A stretch of 59,102 nt of DNA from a virus (taxonomy: Duplodnaviria > Caudoviricetes), in IMG/VR virus record IMGVR_UViG_3300032284_001102, positions 1 through 59,102 of that record; one strand, 5' to 3'. Made by a program: the position numbers and the translations under genes. Below, piece after piece: positions 29,801 to 38,865 of the stretch (positions are counted from its first letter, which is position 1; every line of letters starts with the position of its first letter). A model generated the notes under the pieces. That model worked only from the letters and a program-made list of their open reading frames with translations, searched no databases and was not told the DNA's origin.

Positions 29801-30582
29801 GATGTAAATATACCAGTATTTCCTATTACACTTCCACTTAAATTATATGAAGTTAATAATTCTTTTGCTTCAACTAAAATATCTTGTATCAACGAATAAT
29901 CCGAAATATCACCTTCGGAAGTTCTAAATACTTTTACTCTTTTTACATCCCCAGCAAATGTTTCTAATTTTGAAAGTTTAATATTTGCAAATGATTGATT
30001 TATTCCTGAGTCTACTTTTGACCCACTTACTATTCTATAAATTGGTGCTAATATTTCAGTAATATTGGCAGTTGGTCTTTCATAAAATCTTATTTTAGTT
30101 GTATTAGCTAAAGAAGGATTTACATTTATAGTTTTTTGCCATTTAACATTATATTTTCCTTCCCAATCTAACGGAATTGGTGTAAGCATTCCATTTCCAT
30201 CTTCGTATTGGTTTACTTCACCTAATATTGTAATAGTACATTCACCAAAACTAGTATCAGGATAAACATATACGGAAACCACTTTAGAAACACCTTCATA
30301 ATATTCTGTTACAAATGGAACACCATTGAAAGATGATGAAATATAACCTTCACCTGGTTCATTATAAATTATTTTTCCATCTGATGATTTTATTTCAATT
30401 AAAATTTTTGTATCTGCAACCAATAAATCTGAACCTGCAATTAGAAATGCGTTTTTACCACCTGTAAAAGTATCAGGCAATTCTGTTATTTTAAAATATT
30501 TACTATTAGGGTCTGTATCATTTACTAATACAGAATATTTATCTAAGTTTTTAGCAAATAAAGTTTTTTGTATAACTGCCAT
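26866..30582 (-). CDS. Tail fibre protein with C-terminal intramolecular chaperone (peptidase S74)
   Basis: SDKRLKNNI...FNW...GFLAQEVQ...P...Y...LVEAIKEL; Ser/Gly-rich repeats. Confidence 0.85.
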   Translation of the reverse strand: MAVIQKTLFAKNLDKYSVLVNDTDPNSKYFKITELPDTFTGGKNAFLIAGSDLLVADTKILIEIKSSDGKIIYNEPGEGYISSSFNGVPFVTEYYEGVSKVVSVYVYPDTSFGECTITILGEVNQYEDGNGMLTPIPLDWEGKYNVKWQKTINVNPSLANTTKIRFYERPTANITEILAPIYRIVSGSKVDSGINQSFANIKLSKLETFAGDVKRVKVFRTSEGDISDYSLIQDILVEAKELLTSYNLSGSVIGNTGIFTSETLTNFWNTGSLNVYLTSSRIESGIALNGSGLFTYTSSLDIKSTNTYELNLDAFYSSSISSNLGIYLVSGLTGSSIATLNGTAPTKNLSNIVIPFKIDTDYPSASLYFSQSQGEWHLGNISLKLSQDTAFSPDEISFVTTMPTVIGNETYNFKFEFYDVNNNYVPVAVTQSAIFNGGNTNIGETILLISSSTSQSLADLNRVSSSISGTMTVYSSSASSSVGIVSGSVFNLSGSVSTSVQLLTGSISSSLSSSFGYASSSVYTLSGSVSSSQSALSASISTSVYNSLTQSFTYVQSLANGNYSGSFISGNIIYAPVIGGQLGYFSTLFKVGQSPNSIYLDARQTPRKIFIGGAIPSGDTEYSGAYNNTNTNVYLDSSGKFSLADKLTFDGAGNLSVNGSITVTGGNAATDVNALLYSQRAVVSGSNAAGNAVVSGSNAAGNAVVSSSLYSANAAASASISASAAQIFATNQAISASNNTYNQSTALLQTLANGAYSGSFIGNTTIYSPNIGGQNGYISNILKVGQNGITLDGVNKAIYVGTGTYNSTNTPFYFASGSTNIFSLGTGLTWNGSTLNINGGGTFSGNLSAAGGTFSGNLSAAGGDFTGTLVAAGGSFAGDVTAASGRIGGWYIDSSSIYVPNAISLNSTAKSITISDTSAVPRVLINQNTSFSSLSAGSPTTVSGLSSNNTAGGYTAGTYDRTLGTVTTVSGGTYNVTGTWTETNGVSAVVMSGTAFTIDVWSQIVVDNGITETIIGEYKDGVTFGSTANWAAINGVAKSLTMTGNGNTWTIKQRFKLQYNGSGLTGNSYRQPALSVTIAKANSFVEIIAGGIQVGRDSANYVIMDRAGVTAMLQVGGDGTFTGDVTANTSDKRLKNNIRIIDNPLEKLSKINGVYFNWNETAKELANKNDNEEVGFLAQEVQSVLPQIIKPAPFDMDTKTGESKSGENYLTIQYEKIVPLLVEAIKELKKQVDELKNK
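27994..28066. repeat. 33-nt tandem repeat in tail fibre (GTFSGNLSAAG)
   Basis: Two exact units starting at 27994 and 28027. Confidence 0.85.
28466..28539. repeat. 33-nt tandem repeat in tail fibre (AVVSGSNAAGN)
   Basis: Exact units at 28466 and 28499 plus a partial at 28532. Confidence 0.9.
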
Positions 30583-30593
30583 TTAATCTTTTA

Positions 30594-30601
30594 TATAAAT
30601 A
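30594..30601 (-). promoter_or_regulatory. Putative late promoter TATTTATA
   Basis: 11 nt upstream of the tail fibre ATG. Confidence 0.6.
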
Positions 30602-30631
30602 TTGTCAAAAAAAGAATAATCACATATTTAT

Positions 30632-30675
30632 CTAAAGAAAACTAATATATATTTTAACAAACTAAAGAAAACTAA
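30632..30675 (+). promoter_or_regulatory. Direct repeat CTAAAGAAAACTAA x2, putative operator
   Basis: Exact 14-mers at 30632 and 30662, between a + strand TATTTAT (30625-30631) and the RHH-like gene. Confidence 0.55.
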
Positions 30676-30682
30676 ATAAGTT

Positions 30683-30868
30683 ATGAAATACGCAATGTTA
30701 CAAATCAAAAAAGAAACCCATGAACTTCTCAAAGGGTATTGTGAAGAACATGGGTTTAAAATGGGCAGTCTAGTTGAAAATCTAATTAAGAAACACATTG
30801 GTGTCTCAAAACCACAATCTAGTGTGTTGAAGGCTGATAAGATAGTTGTTAGAAATCAATCTTACTAA
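30683..30868 (+). CDS. Small ribbon-helix-helix-like DNA-binding protein
   Basis: YAMLQI strand then KKETHELLKGYCEEHG and KMGSLVENLIKKH helices; lies mainly in a gap between minus-strand genes. Confidence 0.65.
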   Translation: MKYAMLQIKKETHELLKGYCEEHGFKMGSLVENLIKKHIGVSKPQSSVLKADKIVVRNQSY

Positions 30869-33800
30869 ACCCATTTACTTTTTTTATTTCTATCAATCCA
30901 TCTACGATATCTCTCATTTGTTCTAAGTGGGATATTACCCATATAAAATCAAATTGGGTTTTTAAATATTGCATCATCATAAATAGGGATGATAAATTAT
31001 CTGCGTCTAATGTTCCAAATCCTTCATCTACTACTAAGAAATTCGGTCGAGGTAAATTACATACATTAATAAGTGCAACTCTAATAGCAAGTCCACTAAC
31101 GAACTTCTCCATACCACTACACATTTCTAATGGCCACTCTTGGTCTTCGTAAACAATTTTTGCATTTATTGATTTACCATCCATTTCCATTGTAACACCA
31201 AAGTCTACAACTTGTGCAAGAATGTTGTTTACTTCATTCTCAATAACAGGTAATGCTTTTGAAATCAATTCATATGGAATACCATCTCTTTTTACAGCAT
31301 CTAAATAATAGGTGTATAATCGGTTTTTTTCCTCTAAGTCCTTAACCTCATTCATCTTTTGTTTGATGTTGTTTATATAAGTCTGTAATGATGATATAGA
31401 ACCATTTGTAGTTGCTATTTGTTTAGTAATATCTCTAATGTCCGACTCAATTTTCTTTTTTTCTACTTCTAATTCTTTGATTTGATTTTCTAACTCTTTA
31501 TTACTTTGAATTGTTTCTTCATTTTCAAAATATTTTTCAATATCTTCTTCTACTTTGTCTAATTGAGTTTGTAATAATTCTTCCTTTGTTTCCAAACCCT
31601 TCAATTCTGCTTCTGCAATTTTTAAGATACCTTTGGATTGTCCAAGTTTTATTTTTAAGTCAGTCAATTCATTATATTGTTCCTCAACCCCTTCCATTGT
31701 ATCTAATGTTTGTTGAATACCGGTACAATCAACCAATGCATCTTTAAGTATTTCTTTCAGTTGAGGTAATAATTCTTTTACTCTCATTGCATCTTTTACA
31801 AAAGTATTATCACAACAAAACTTACAATTGGGGTCGTATTTATGATTATCTAAATTTTTAATTGTTTCTTCTGCAGAACTTACATGTAATTTTGCAATAC
31901 CATAAACTCTTGTTGCTTCAGTTAATTCCTTTTGTTCTCTTTGATAATTTGAATAAGCCGTTTCAATATCAATAGTTCCACCAAATGATTTTTTATCTTC
32001 TATTGATTGTGAAATTTCTTCAATTTTTCCTTCTAATATTTTAATGAATGTTTCTTTTGTCCCAATTAAAGTTGTATTGGTTTGGATATCTTCGGCCAAA
32101 CCCTCTCTTTTTTCTTCTAAAGTAGGTAAGTCTAAATTACCATCAATAGGAGTAAGGTTTCTACTTAAATCCAATATAACACTATCCAAACCATCCTTAT
32201 CAGCATTTAATCTAGCTAATTCTTTATCCAATTCTTTTAACTCACCTTTCTTTTCTTTTAAGTCATTTGCTTTATCTGCAAGTTCAGTAGTAAAGTCATT
32301 TTTCTTAAAGTTTTTAATCAATACTGAAACTTCTTTGATATCTTCAATTCCTGTTTCATATAATTTGTCAAAAACATTCAATCCCATAAATTGAGCAAGT
32401 AAATCTTTTCTCTCACTTTGTGATTTATCAATGAATATAGAGTTATTACCTTGTAACGATAATGCAGTCAATACGAAATCTTCATACTTACCAACATATT
32501 GTTCAATTACGGCATTTGTATCTCTCCTTTCAGTTCCGTTCAAAGAAGTTTTGTCATCACCATCTTGTCTATAAAACTGAACATCAACTTTAACATTCTT
32601 TCCTTTGTTTATAGTTTTTGCAGTTCTTTCAATATGATAATCTATACCTTCAATTTGAAAATGTAAATGACAACTAAAATCTTGCTTTCTATTGTTTAAT
32701 ATATTTTGTGCTTTGAATGCTCTACTACTCTTATCATAAAGACAGAATGAAATAGCGTCAAAGATAGATGACTTACCTTGTGCATTTGGTGCAAACAATC
32801 CCATCAATCCGTTTAACTTGCTAAAATCAATCTTATTGTCCTCACCATAACTAAACATATTAGAAAACTCAAATCTAATCGGTTTCCAATAAATGTTTCT
32901 TAAAGTTTCCTCATGTGTAATTCTACTATTGACATCTCTATTTATCTTTTCTAATTCACCTAAGTCTTTTGCATCCACAAAGGGCATCATTCTTTCCACA
33001 TACTCATTTATTAAAGAGTTTTGGTAGTTTATATCTGCAATATTTTCAAAGTCTAATTTATTACCTCTATCTCCTGTTTTCTTTTTTGATAATGAATCCG
33101 TTCTAATAATTGTAAAGTCATCAACACCATATTTCATTTTGATTTCTGCAATTACCTTTTTGGTGTCCGCAGTATCGGTATTTGATAATCTTACTCTTAA
33201 ACGAGGATGTTTTGGCATATCGTTTACAAATGGAACTTTACCATTGTCAATATCCATAGTATAATAACCATAATCATTTTGAATATCAATTTCCTCATAG
33301 GTCATTGTGTCTAAATCCCATGCTAAAAAACCATGTCTATCTAATGTCTCACCAAAGTTTTGTTGTAATAAAGAACCAGCATAAACCACCTTACATCCCT
33401 TTGGACTTATCATTTCTTGACGCTTATGAATATCACCTAATAAGGCTAAATCAAAACCATCAAATATATCCGTTGTAAAATGTCTACTACTTACTACATA
33501 ACCAATATCGGTTTGAGAATTATCAACAGGTCCGTGGAATAAAGCAATCTTTTTATTACCAAATAGTTTATCAGCAGTAATCCAATTGTCTTTGTTATCT
33601 AAAATTGAAAATACTGAGAAATCAATACCACCAATAGAAAATACTTGTGTATCTCTTAAATAATAAAAGTTTTCTAATTCTAAAGCATCAACCAATGGAG
33701 TAAGAACATCCATTCTATCCATATTGTTCATATTACAATCGTGATTTCCAGTAATAAGAATTGTAGGACAAGTTTTAGCACACTCTTTGAATAACCAACT

Positions 33801-34001
33801 TATTTCGTTGACTAATTCTGGTGACATTTCTAATTTAGCGTGGGCAATATCACCTGCTAAATAAATAATTGCATCATCAGTTCCTCTTTTACGAATTTCT
33901 TCAAACATCTTCGTAAAAACTTCTCTGTACTCTTTGTGTCTTTTTACATTACGGATGTGTACATCGGCAATGTGGTAAATTGTTTTTAATTTACTACTCA
34001 T
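30849..34001 (-). CDS. Fused Mre11/SbcD nuclease-Rad50/SbcC ATPase
   Basis: ADVH, GD, GNHD, GDIH phosphoesterase motifs; Walker A PNAQGKS, coiled coil with CKFC hook, signature CSGME, Walker B VVDEGFG. Confidence 0.92.
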   Translation of the reverse strand: MSSKLKTIYHIADVHIRNVKRHKEYREVFTKMFEEIRKRGTDDAIIYLAGDIAHAKLEMSPELVNEISWLFKECAKTCPTILITGNHDCNMNNMDRMDVLTPLVDALELENFYYLRDTQVFSIGGIDFSVFSILDNKDNWITADKLFGNKKIALFHGPVDNSQTDIGYVVSSRHFTTDIFDGFDLALLGDIHKRQEMISPKGCKVVYAGSLLQQNFGETLDRHGFLAWDLDTMTYEEIDIQNDYGYYTMDIDNGKVPFVNDMPKHPRLRVRLSNTDTADTKKVIAEIKMKYGVDDFTIIRTDSLSKKKTGDRGNKLDFENIADINYQNSLINEYVERMMPFVDAKDLGELEKINRDVNSRITHEETLRNIYWKPIRFEFSNMFSYGEDNKIDFSKLNGLMGLFAPNAQGKSSIFDAISFCLYDKSSRAFKAQNILNNRKQDFSCHLHFQIEGIDYHIERTAKTINKGKNVKVDVQFYRQDGDDKTSLNGTERRDTNAVIEQYVGKYEDFVLTALSLQGNNSIFIDKSQSERKDLLAQFMGLNVFDKLYETGIEDIKEVSVLIKNFKKNDFTTELADKANDLKEKKGELKELDKELARLNADKDGLDSVILDLSRNLTPIDGNLDLPTLEEKREGLAEDIQTNTTLIGTKETFIKILEGKIEEISQSIEDKKSFGGTIDIETAYSNYQREQKELTEATRVYGIAKLHVSSAEETIKNLDNHKYDPNCKFCCDNTFVKDAMRVKELLPQLKEILKDALVDCTGIQQTLDTMEGVEEQYNELTDLKIKLGQSKGILKIAEAELKGLETKEELLQTQLDKVEEDIEKYFENEETIQSNKELENQIKELEVEKKKIESDIRDITKQIATTNGSISSLQTYINNIKQKMNEVKDLEEKNRLYTYYLDAVKRDGIPYELISKALPVIENEVNNILAQVVDFGVTMEMDGKSINAKIVYEDQEWPLEMCSGMEKFVSGLAIRVALINVCNLPRPNFLVVDEGFGTLDADNLSSLFMMMQYLKTQFDFIWVISHLEQMRDIVDGLIEIKKVNGFSKIDF

Positions 34002-34939
34002 AGTGAGTTTATTTTGTTTAATAATAATTCTTCGGGAGAAAACTCTTTAGTTTTCTTTAGTTCTTCGTAGAATTTTTCATACCCCATATCTGCGGCATCT
34101 TTGTCTTTAAGATACATCATTTTTACATGAATACCTTGTTTTCTAAAATATTCGGCAGCTTTAAGTGCCTCATTAATTGCATCGTTGTCTAATGAAATAA
34201 TAATATCGGTAATTCCACTCATAAAGATTTTTTCAACCAATATTCTGGATGGAAACTTACCTAATAACGGAATTGCATTTCTTTTAATTGTGATTGCGTC
34301 AAATACACCCTCACAAAGTATAATCGGTTCGTTCCAATTTACTTGGGAGTCAAAACATATTACATTTTTACTGATTGGAGGATTTTTGTATTTCATTTTG
34401 TTCTCCGGATAATACGAACGAGAAACAAAGTAATTTAATGTACCATCGGAATTGTATGATGGTATAATTACTCGTTGTCCATATAATCCTTCTTTACAAT
34501 ATCCTATGTTATATTTGATTATATCTTTAATACCTATTCCTCTTTGAGTAAGGTAATGTATTGCGTGTTTATATTCTGGATTAAACCCGTTAGGAACCTC
34601 ACTAAGACTGATAAATTCTTTTGGTAGGGAAATGAACACCTTTGTATCGGCATCCTCTAAAAGTGGGTTATAATTGCTATCTCCGTATATCTCTCTAATA
34701 ACTGAAATAACCTTTCTATCAACATCTAACTTTTTTAATAATGAGGTCAATTTCTTACCACCACTATTGCAAGTCCAACAATGCCATTTTTGGGTTTCCG
34801 TATTAACTTGTAATTTTTGTTTATGATGATTGCAGAAAGGACAGTAAAAAGCTAACTCATTTCCTTTCAGATTGAGATAACTACCTAAAATACCAGTAAG
34901 GGTAGATACGACTATATTCTTATCATTTTGCTTCAACAC
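33998..34939 (-). CDS. DNA primase (Zn-binding + TOPRIM)
   Basis: CPFC...HCWTC, YL..RG, CEGVFDA, LDND; GTG start. Confidence 0.9.
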   Translation of the reverse strand: MLKQNDKNIVVSTLTGILGSYLNLKGNELAFYCPFCNHHKQKLQVNTETQKWHCWTCNSGGKKLTSLLKKLDVDRKVISVIREIYGDSNYNPLLEDADTKVFISLPKEFISLSEVPNGFNPEYKHAIHYLTQRGIGIKDIIKYNIGYCKEGLYGQRVIIPSYNSDGTLNYFVSRSYYPENKMKYKNPPISKNVICFDSQVNWNEPIILCEGVFDAITIKRNAIPLLGKFPSRILVEKIFMSGITDIIISLDNDAINEALKAAEYFRKQGIHVKMMYLKDKDAADMGYEKFYEELKKTKEFSPEELLLNKINSL

Positions 34940-34945
34940 GACTTA

Positions 34946-34975
34946 AATATACGACAAATATTTGATATTTCCAAA
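34946..34975 (-). promoter_or_regulatory. Bacteroidota-type promoter TTTG-N19-GTATATT, 6 nt before the primase GTG
   Basis: Conserved spacing shared with three other sites. Confidence 0.7.
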
Positions 34976-34979
34976 TATT

Positions 34980-35405
34980 TTAAGGTCTATTTTCCTCTAA
35001 AAACCAGTCAATTGGGATGATTTTGTCTGCATACTTATATCCATTCTTTTCACACCAATCCCCATAGGTCGTTTTAGACTTTTTGCTGATTTTGTTCTTT
35101 GAATTAGAAAATACAAAACGAATGTCTAAATGTGGGTTGTGTTCTTTAACCAATAGATGTTTTTTCCTATCAGCTGCCACAAACCTACCTTTTGTCTCTA
35201 TTCTAATACCATTAGGTAGTTTAAAATCAGGATGATAGTGGTGAGTGGATGCAGGAATTATGTATGGAACTTTTTCAGTTTCATATTCTACTTTAATTCC
35301 ATAAGATTCTATTTGTTGAGAAATGGTTTCTTCTAAACCAGACTTAAATCCATATTTTTGTGCAACCCATTTTGGATTGTTCTTTTTTGTAACTTTTTTA
35401 GCCAT
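34980..35405 (-). CDS. T7 endonuclease I-like Holliday junction resolvase
   Basis: SGLE, Y.PDF.L.NG..IETKGRF...DRKKHL, DIRFVF, TTYGDWC. Confidence 0.9.
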   Translation of the reverse strand: MAKKVTKKNNPKWVAQKYGFKSGLEETISQQIESYGIKVEYETEKVPYIIPASTHHYHPDFKLPNGIRIETKGRFVAADRKKHLLVKEHNPHLDIRFVFSNSKNKISKKSKTTYGDWCEKNGYKYADKIIPIDWFLEENRP

Positions 35406-35418
35406 TAAATTGTTTTAA

Positions 35419-35667
35419 TTATTTATTCACATCAGTTATCTGTGAATAGTTGTCTTTGTCAGAACCAGCTGCTTTTGGTAAATTTCCTACGGCGTATCTT
35501 GTAACGCCTAATTTACTTTCTAATGTAGCTACTGCTTTTTCGTCAAAAGCTTTTGTTCCTGTTTCATCTATACCAATAGAATATGGTGTTTCATCATTTC
35601 CTGGACCAATTTTATCTGTCCCTAAAATTTTTGATTGTCCGTTATATAATTCTAAAATACTTGCCAT
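35419..35667 (-). CDS. Hypothetical late protein
   Basis: 82-aa ORF with TATTTATA upstream. Confidence 0.7.
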   Translation of the reverse strand: MASILELYNGQSKILGTDKIGPGNDETPYSIGIDETGTKAFDEKAVATLESKLGVTRYAVGNLPKAAGSDKDNYSQITDVNK

Positions 35668-35684
35668 TGTTTTTTGTTTTTGTA

Positions 35685-35692
35685 TATAAATA
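35685..35692 (-). promoter_or_regulatory. Putative late promoter TATTTATA
   Basis: Intergenic, upstream of 35667. Confidence 0.6.
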
Positions 35693-35697
35693 TAAGA

Positions 35698-36861
35698 TTA
35701 TGTATCAAATCGTACAATAAAGTTTACAGTTAGGTCATGTTCCGATTTTATTGGTTGTGGTAATTTTGCTACTGCTACTAATTGACAATCATCATCATAT
35801 AAACCAATTGTTGTAATCATAGGTGTTAAAAAAGAACCCGTTGAATCCACCGAACTACTCATTTCCCAATGTTCAAAACCCGCTAATGTATTACCAACTG
35901 AACCACTATATCTATAATCTAATATATTACCATTATTTAATGTTGTAAGTTTACGAATATAACTTACACCTGGATTTGTTACTACATTTGTGGTTATATT
36001 ATTTGTGTCCGTATGTGTTTCTGTTACTCTACCAACATTTATAATTGCAGAAGGATTAGTTGAAACATTAAATTCATCTTGTTCTGCTATAAGTAAATAT
36101 TCGTGTTCGTATATAGTTTTTGTTGATTTAAAAGACAAATTCCAATCTGCGGAAAGAATTAAATTTAAATTTCTTGTAAAAACTAATAAACCTTGATTAT
36201 AAAATACATTACCAATTGTAAGACTTGGTAAAAAAGATGAATTTTTTACATAAATTGTGCCACTTTCAACATCCATAGAAGTAATATCTGCTGTTTGTAT
36301 TTGTCCATCTATTTTTACTTCGATTTTACCATTTTGAATATCTACAAACCAAGCTTCTGATAGTGTATCTATGGAAGAAGTATATATGTGGCCCGTTGAT
36401 GTAAAATAAAATAAACTGCCTGATAAATCTAATGTTGTAAAATCTATTTCACTTAAGCCTGTTTGACTGACTAAATTACCATACTTATCATCAATGTATG
36501 GGTCAATATTATTATCCAAAAAATAAACAGACCCTTTTTTGATTCCTTCACCAACATATATTTGTGGAATAGAAATTACTTTAGCGGTATCACTTAAATA
36601 TCTTTCTTTTCCTGCAGATGTATTATCATATACATTTGTTTTTTCACCCAATCTTGTAAATGGATTATCCTCTTGCCCATTATAAAATTGAGAACGCAAT
36701 TGTCCATATATAGAGTTTTTTGGAAATTGGCCGGATAAGTCTGTTGAAATTTTATCTGCTTCTAATAAATCAATTTGTGTAGAACCACTAGAGAAACTCC
36801 ATTCTTTGTAGGCTTTGAATGGCCTAATACTAATATCTGACTTTGGTATTCTTTTTAACAT
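35698..36861 (-). CDS. Virion structural protein (tail-collar-like C-terminal domain)
   Basis: C-terminal FN.S.NPS...ITTIGLYDD...LVAVAK..P..K...VRFD. Confidence 0.6.
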   Translation of the reverse strand: MLKRIPKSDISIRPFKAYKEWSFSSGSTQIDLLEADKISTDLSGQFPKNSIYGQLRSQFYNGQEDNPFTRLGEKTNVYDNTSAGKERYLSDTAKVISIPQIYVGEGIKKGSVYFLDNNIDPYIDDKYGNLVSQTGLSEIDFTTLDLSGSLFYFTSTGHIYTSSIDTLSEAWFVDIQNGKIEVKIDGQIQTADITSMDVESGTIYVKNSSFLPSLTIGNVFYNQGLLVFTRNLNLILSADWNLSFKSTKTIYEHEYLLIAEQDEFNVSTNPSAIINVGRVTETHTDTNNITTNVVTNPGVSYIRKLTTLNNGNILDYRYSGSVGNTLAGFEHWEMSSSVDSTGSFLTPMITTIGLYDDDCQLVAVAKLPQPIKSEHDLTVNFIVRFDT

Positions 36862-36867
36862 ATCGTA

Positions 36868-36875
36868 TATAAATA
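36868..36875 (-). promoter_or_regulatory. Putative late promoter TATTTATA
   Basis: Between a terminator and the ATG at 36861. Confidence 0.6.
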
Positions 36876-36881
36876 TCTCAA

Positions 36882-36916
36882 AACTAAAAACCCACCAAAT
36901 TAAGGTGGGTTATAGT
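36882..36916 (-). terminator. Rho-independent terminator
   Basis: Minus strand AACCCACC-TTAATTT-GGTGGGTT followed by TTTAGTTTT, just after the stop at 36935. Confidence 0.8.
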
Positions 36917-36934
36917 TGTTATTTTATTCTCCGA

Positions 36935-38179
36935 TTAAAAATCTAATTTAACTCTTATTGCAATTTCCTTATCAAATGATTTTTCAACTGGTGTAGAAGT
37001 TTTTGCAACCGCTATCAACTCATTTGAATCATCATATAAACCAATCGTTGTAATATAAACATGTGGGTCATTTTCAAATAATGTTTGAGTAAATTGACCT
37101 ACTGAACCTGTTACAAATGAAGGGTTATTTGAGAAGTTAAATTCTCTATTGTTTGCTCTTACAAAATAATGAGATGTAGAAACATTTTCAGTTCTTCTTG
37201 CTACAAAACCATCATTTGTCAAAGGGGTAACACCACCTCTATTCATTGTATCGATTAAAGCTTTAGAACCTGTTAAGTTTTGATACACACCAGGTACCGA
37301 AGAACTTGCTGCAGCTAATTCGTAACCAACTGAAGCGGAAAGTGCTGATGGGTTTAATAATAAAACACCCATATCAGGATAAAATAATCCAAACCCCTGT
37401 CCGTTAGATGCTAATGCCGAATTTATTGATGCACTATTTGATGTTCCAATATTCAATGAACCACTAACTAAATTATAAACTCTTCCTGCAGTAGTTACAG
37501 TTTCACCCGTTCCACCACTATCATCGATTAAAGTTACTAAACCACGAGAACCAGAAAGTGTTAATGAAATATTTCCTGGGTCTAATCTTTCTTTGTAATT
37601 TGCTCTATTGATATTAATTGCGTAAAAATTATCCATATCTCCATATACCGATGTTGAACCAGAGTATATTTGAAATACATTTACTCCTGGGTCTAATAAT
37701 ACATTTGCCATTTGGTAGTAAACTGCAGTAGTTGAAAGTAATGAACTTTGGTCTTGTCCTAATGTGGGTGCACCAAATCCATTATAATCACCATATGCTA
37801 CTGAAAATTGAACATTTGCAGATGTTGATGAAGTAGGTAAGTTATATACATTGATATAATATTTTCCCGAATTATCATTAACTTGCGCAGATGAAGTATA
37901 GAATGCGTATAAAGAACCAGTATCACCACTCCATATTCCAGAAGTTACAATTTGTGTTCTATTTACAACCGTATCTAATGCTCCAAATTTTTTATAAATA
38001 CCATTAGAAATAGTAGTTATATCTGCACTAATTTGTTCACCTTGTCCTAAGAATTGGTTTACTATGCTTACTAATTGATTAGTATCGATTGGAGTTCCTG
38101 CGGTGTTTGCTGCACCTGCTAAGTATTGTGATAAATTACTTGCTAAAAGGGCCCCTCTATTGTCTCTTATTAATGCCAT
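36935..38179 (-). CDS. Virion structural protein (tail-collar-like C-terminal domain)
   Basis: FNFSNNPSF...ITTIGLYDD.NELIAVAK..P..K...VKLDF; paralogous to 35698..36861. Confidence 0.6.
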   Translation of the reverse strand: MALIRDNRGALLASNLSQYLAGAANTAGTPIDTNQLVSIVNQFLGQGEQISADITTISNGIYKKFGALDTVVNRTQIVTSGIWSGDTGSLYAFYTSSAQVNDNSGKYYINVYNLPTSSTSANVQFSVAYGDYNGFGAPTLGQDQSSLLSTTAVYYQMANVLLDPGVNVFQIYSGSTSVYGDMDNFYAININRANYKERLDPGNISLTLSGSRGLVTLIDDSGGTGETVTTAGRVYNLVSGSLNIGTSNSASINSALASNGQGFGLFYPDMGVLLLNPSALSASVGYELAAASSSVPGVYQNLTGSKALIDTMNRGGVTPLTNDGFVARRTENVSTSHYFVRANNREFNFSNNPSFVTGSVGQFTQTLFENDPHVYITTIGLYDDSNELIAVAKTSTPVEKSFDKEIAIRVKLDF

Positions 38180-38188
38180 GTTATTTTA

Positions 38189-38818
38189 TTATTGAGCTTG
38201 AATGTAAGTTACTGTTACTGGAATTGTTTGTGACCCACCCGTTTCATTACCATAAACTGTAATTGTAGTTTTGATAGTTGATGTTAAAGATGGGTTAGGA
38301 ATAAATTTAAAAGTTAATCCTTTAGCAATTATTGCTGTTGCAGATGCGTTGTCACCAATAAATACTGGAATTGTACCTGTATTTGATGTTACTCCTTCAC
38401 CAACAATATCACCTGCCAATTTGTTTGATAATACTACTGTATAACCCAATGTTCTATTACCTGCTGGAGATGTAGTTGGAGATAAAGCAACTTCACCACT
38501 TTTTTGATTAACTGAAATAGTAGGAACTCCAAACTCAACAATAGGAATTCTAACTGTATTTTTTGGAAGAGTTACTAATTTAAATTTCATTACTTGAGTT
38601 TCATCAGGATTAGCTTCTAAAATTGGCATGCTTTTAATTGCCGAATCATAATAAGCAGAACCCAATGGGTGTGCTGGTTGATATAATTGGTAATCGATTT
38701 CATCATCTGCTAACGCAAATTGAGTAATGTTTAGTCCTTGTCCTGCAGCTAACTTCTCTCTACCCTTTTTAGTAAGAATAGCATCTACTGTTAATTGTGT
38801 GTTACTTAAATATCCCAT
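38189..38818 (-). CDS. Conserved large-phage structural protein
   Basis: MGYL...VDAILTKKGRE.LA...ITQFALADDEIDY; structural context. Confidence 0.6.
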   Translation of the reverse strand: MGYLSNTQLTVDAILTKKGREKLAAGQGLNITQFALADDEIDYQLYQPAHPLGSAYYDSAIKSMPILEANPDETQVMKFKLVTLPKNTVRIPIVEFGVPTISVNQKSGEVALSPTTSPAGNRTLGYTVVLSNKLAGDIVGEGVTSNTGTIPVFIGDNASATAIIAKGLTFKFIPNPSLTSTIKTTITVYGNETGGSQTIPVTVTYIQAQ

Positions 38819-38838
38819 AGTGTTGTATTATCGTTTGA

Positions 38839-38846
38839 TATAAATA
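38839..38846 (-). promoter_or_regulatory. Putative late promoter TATTTATA
   Basis: Intergenic, upstream of 38818. Confidence 0.6.
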
Positions 38847-38865
38847 TAATTATTTTTTAATTTTG

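Noticed and set aside
25022-30582. Diversity-generating retroelement or invertible fibre cassette
   Set aside because: No reverse transcriptase, invertase, or TR/VR pair seen in the window
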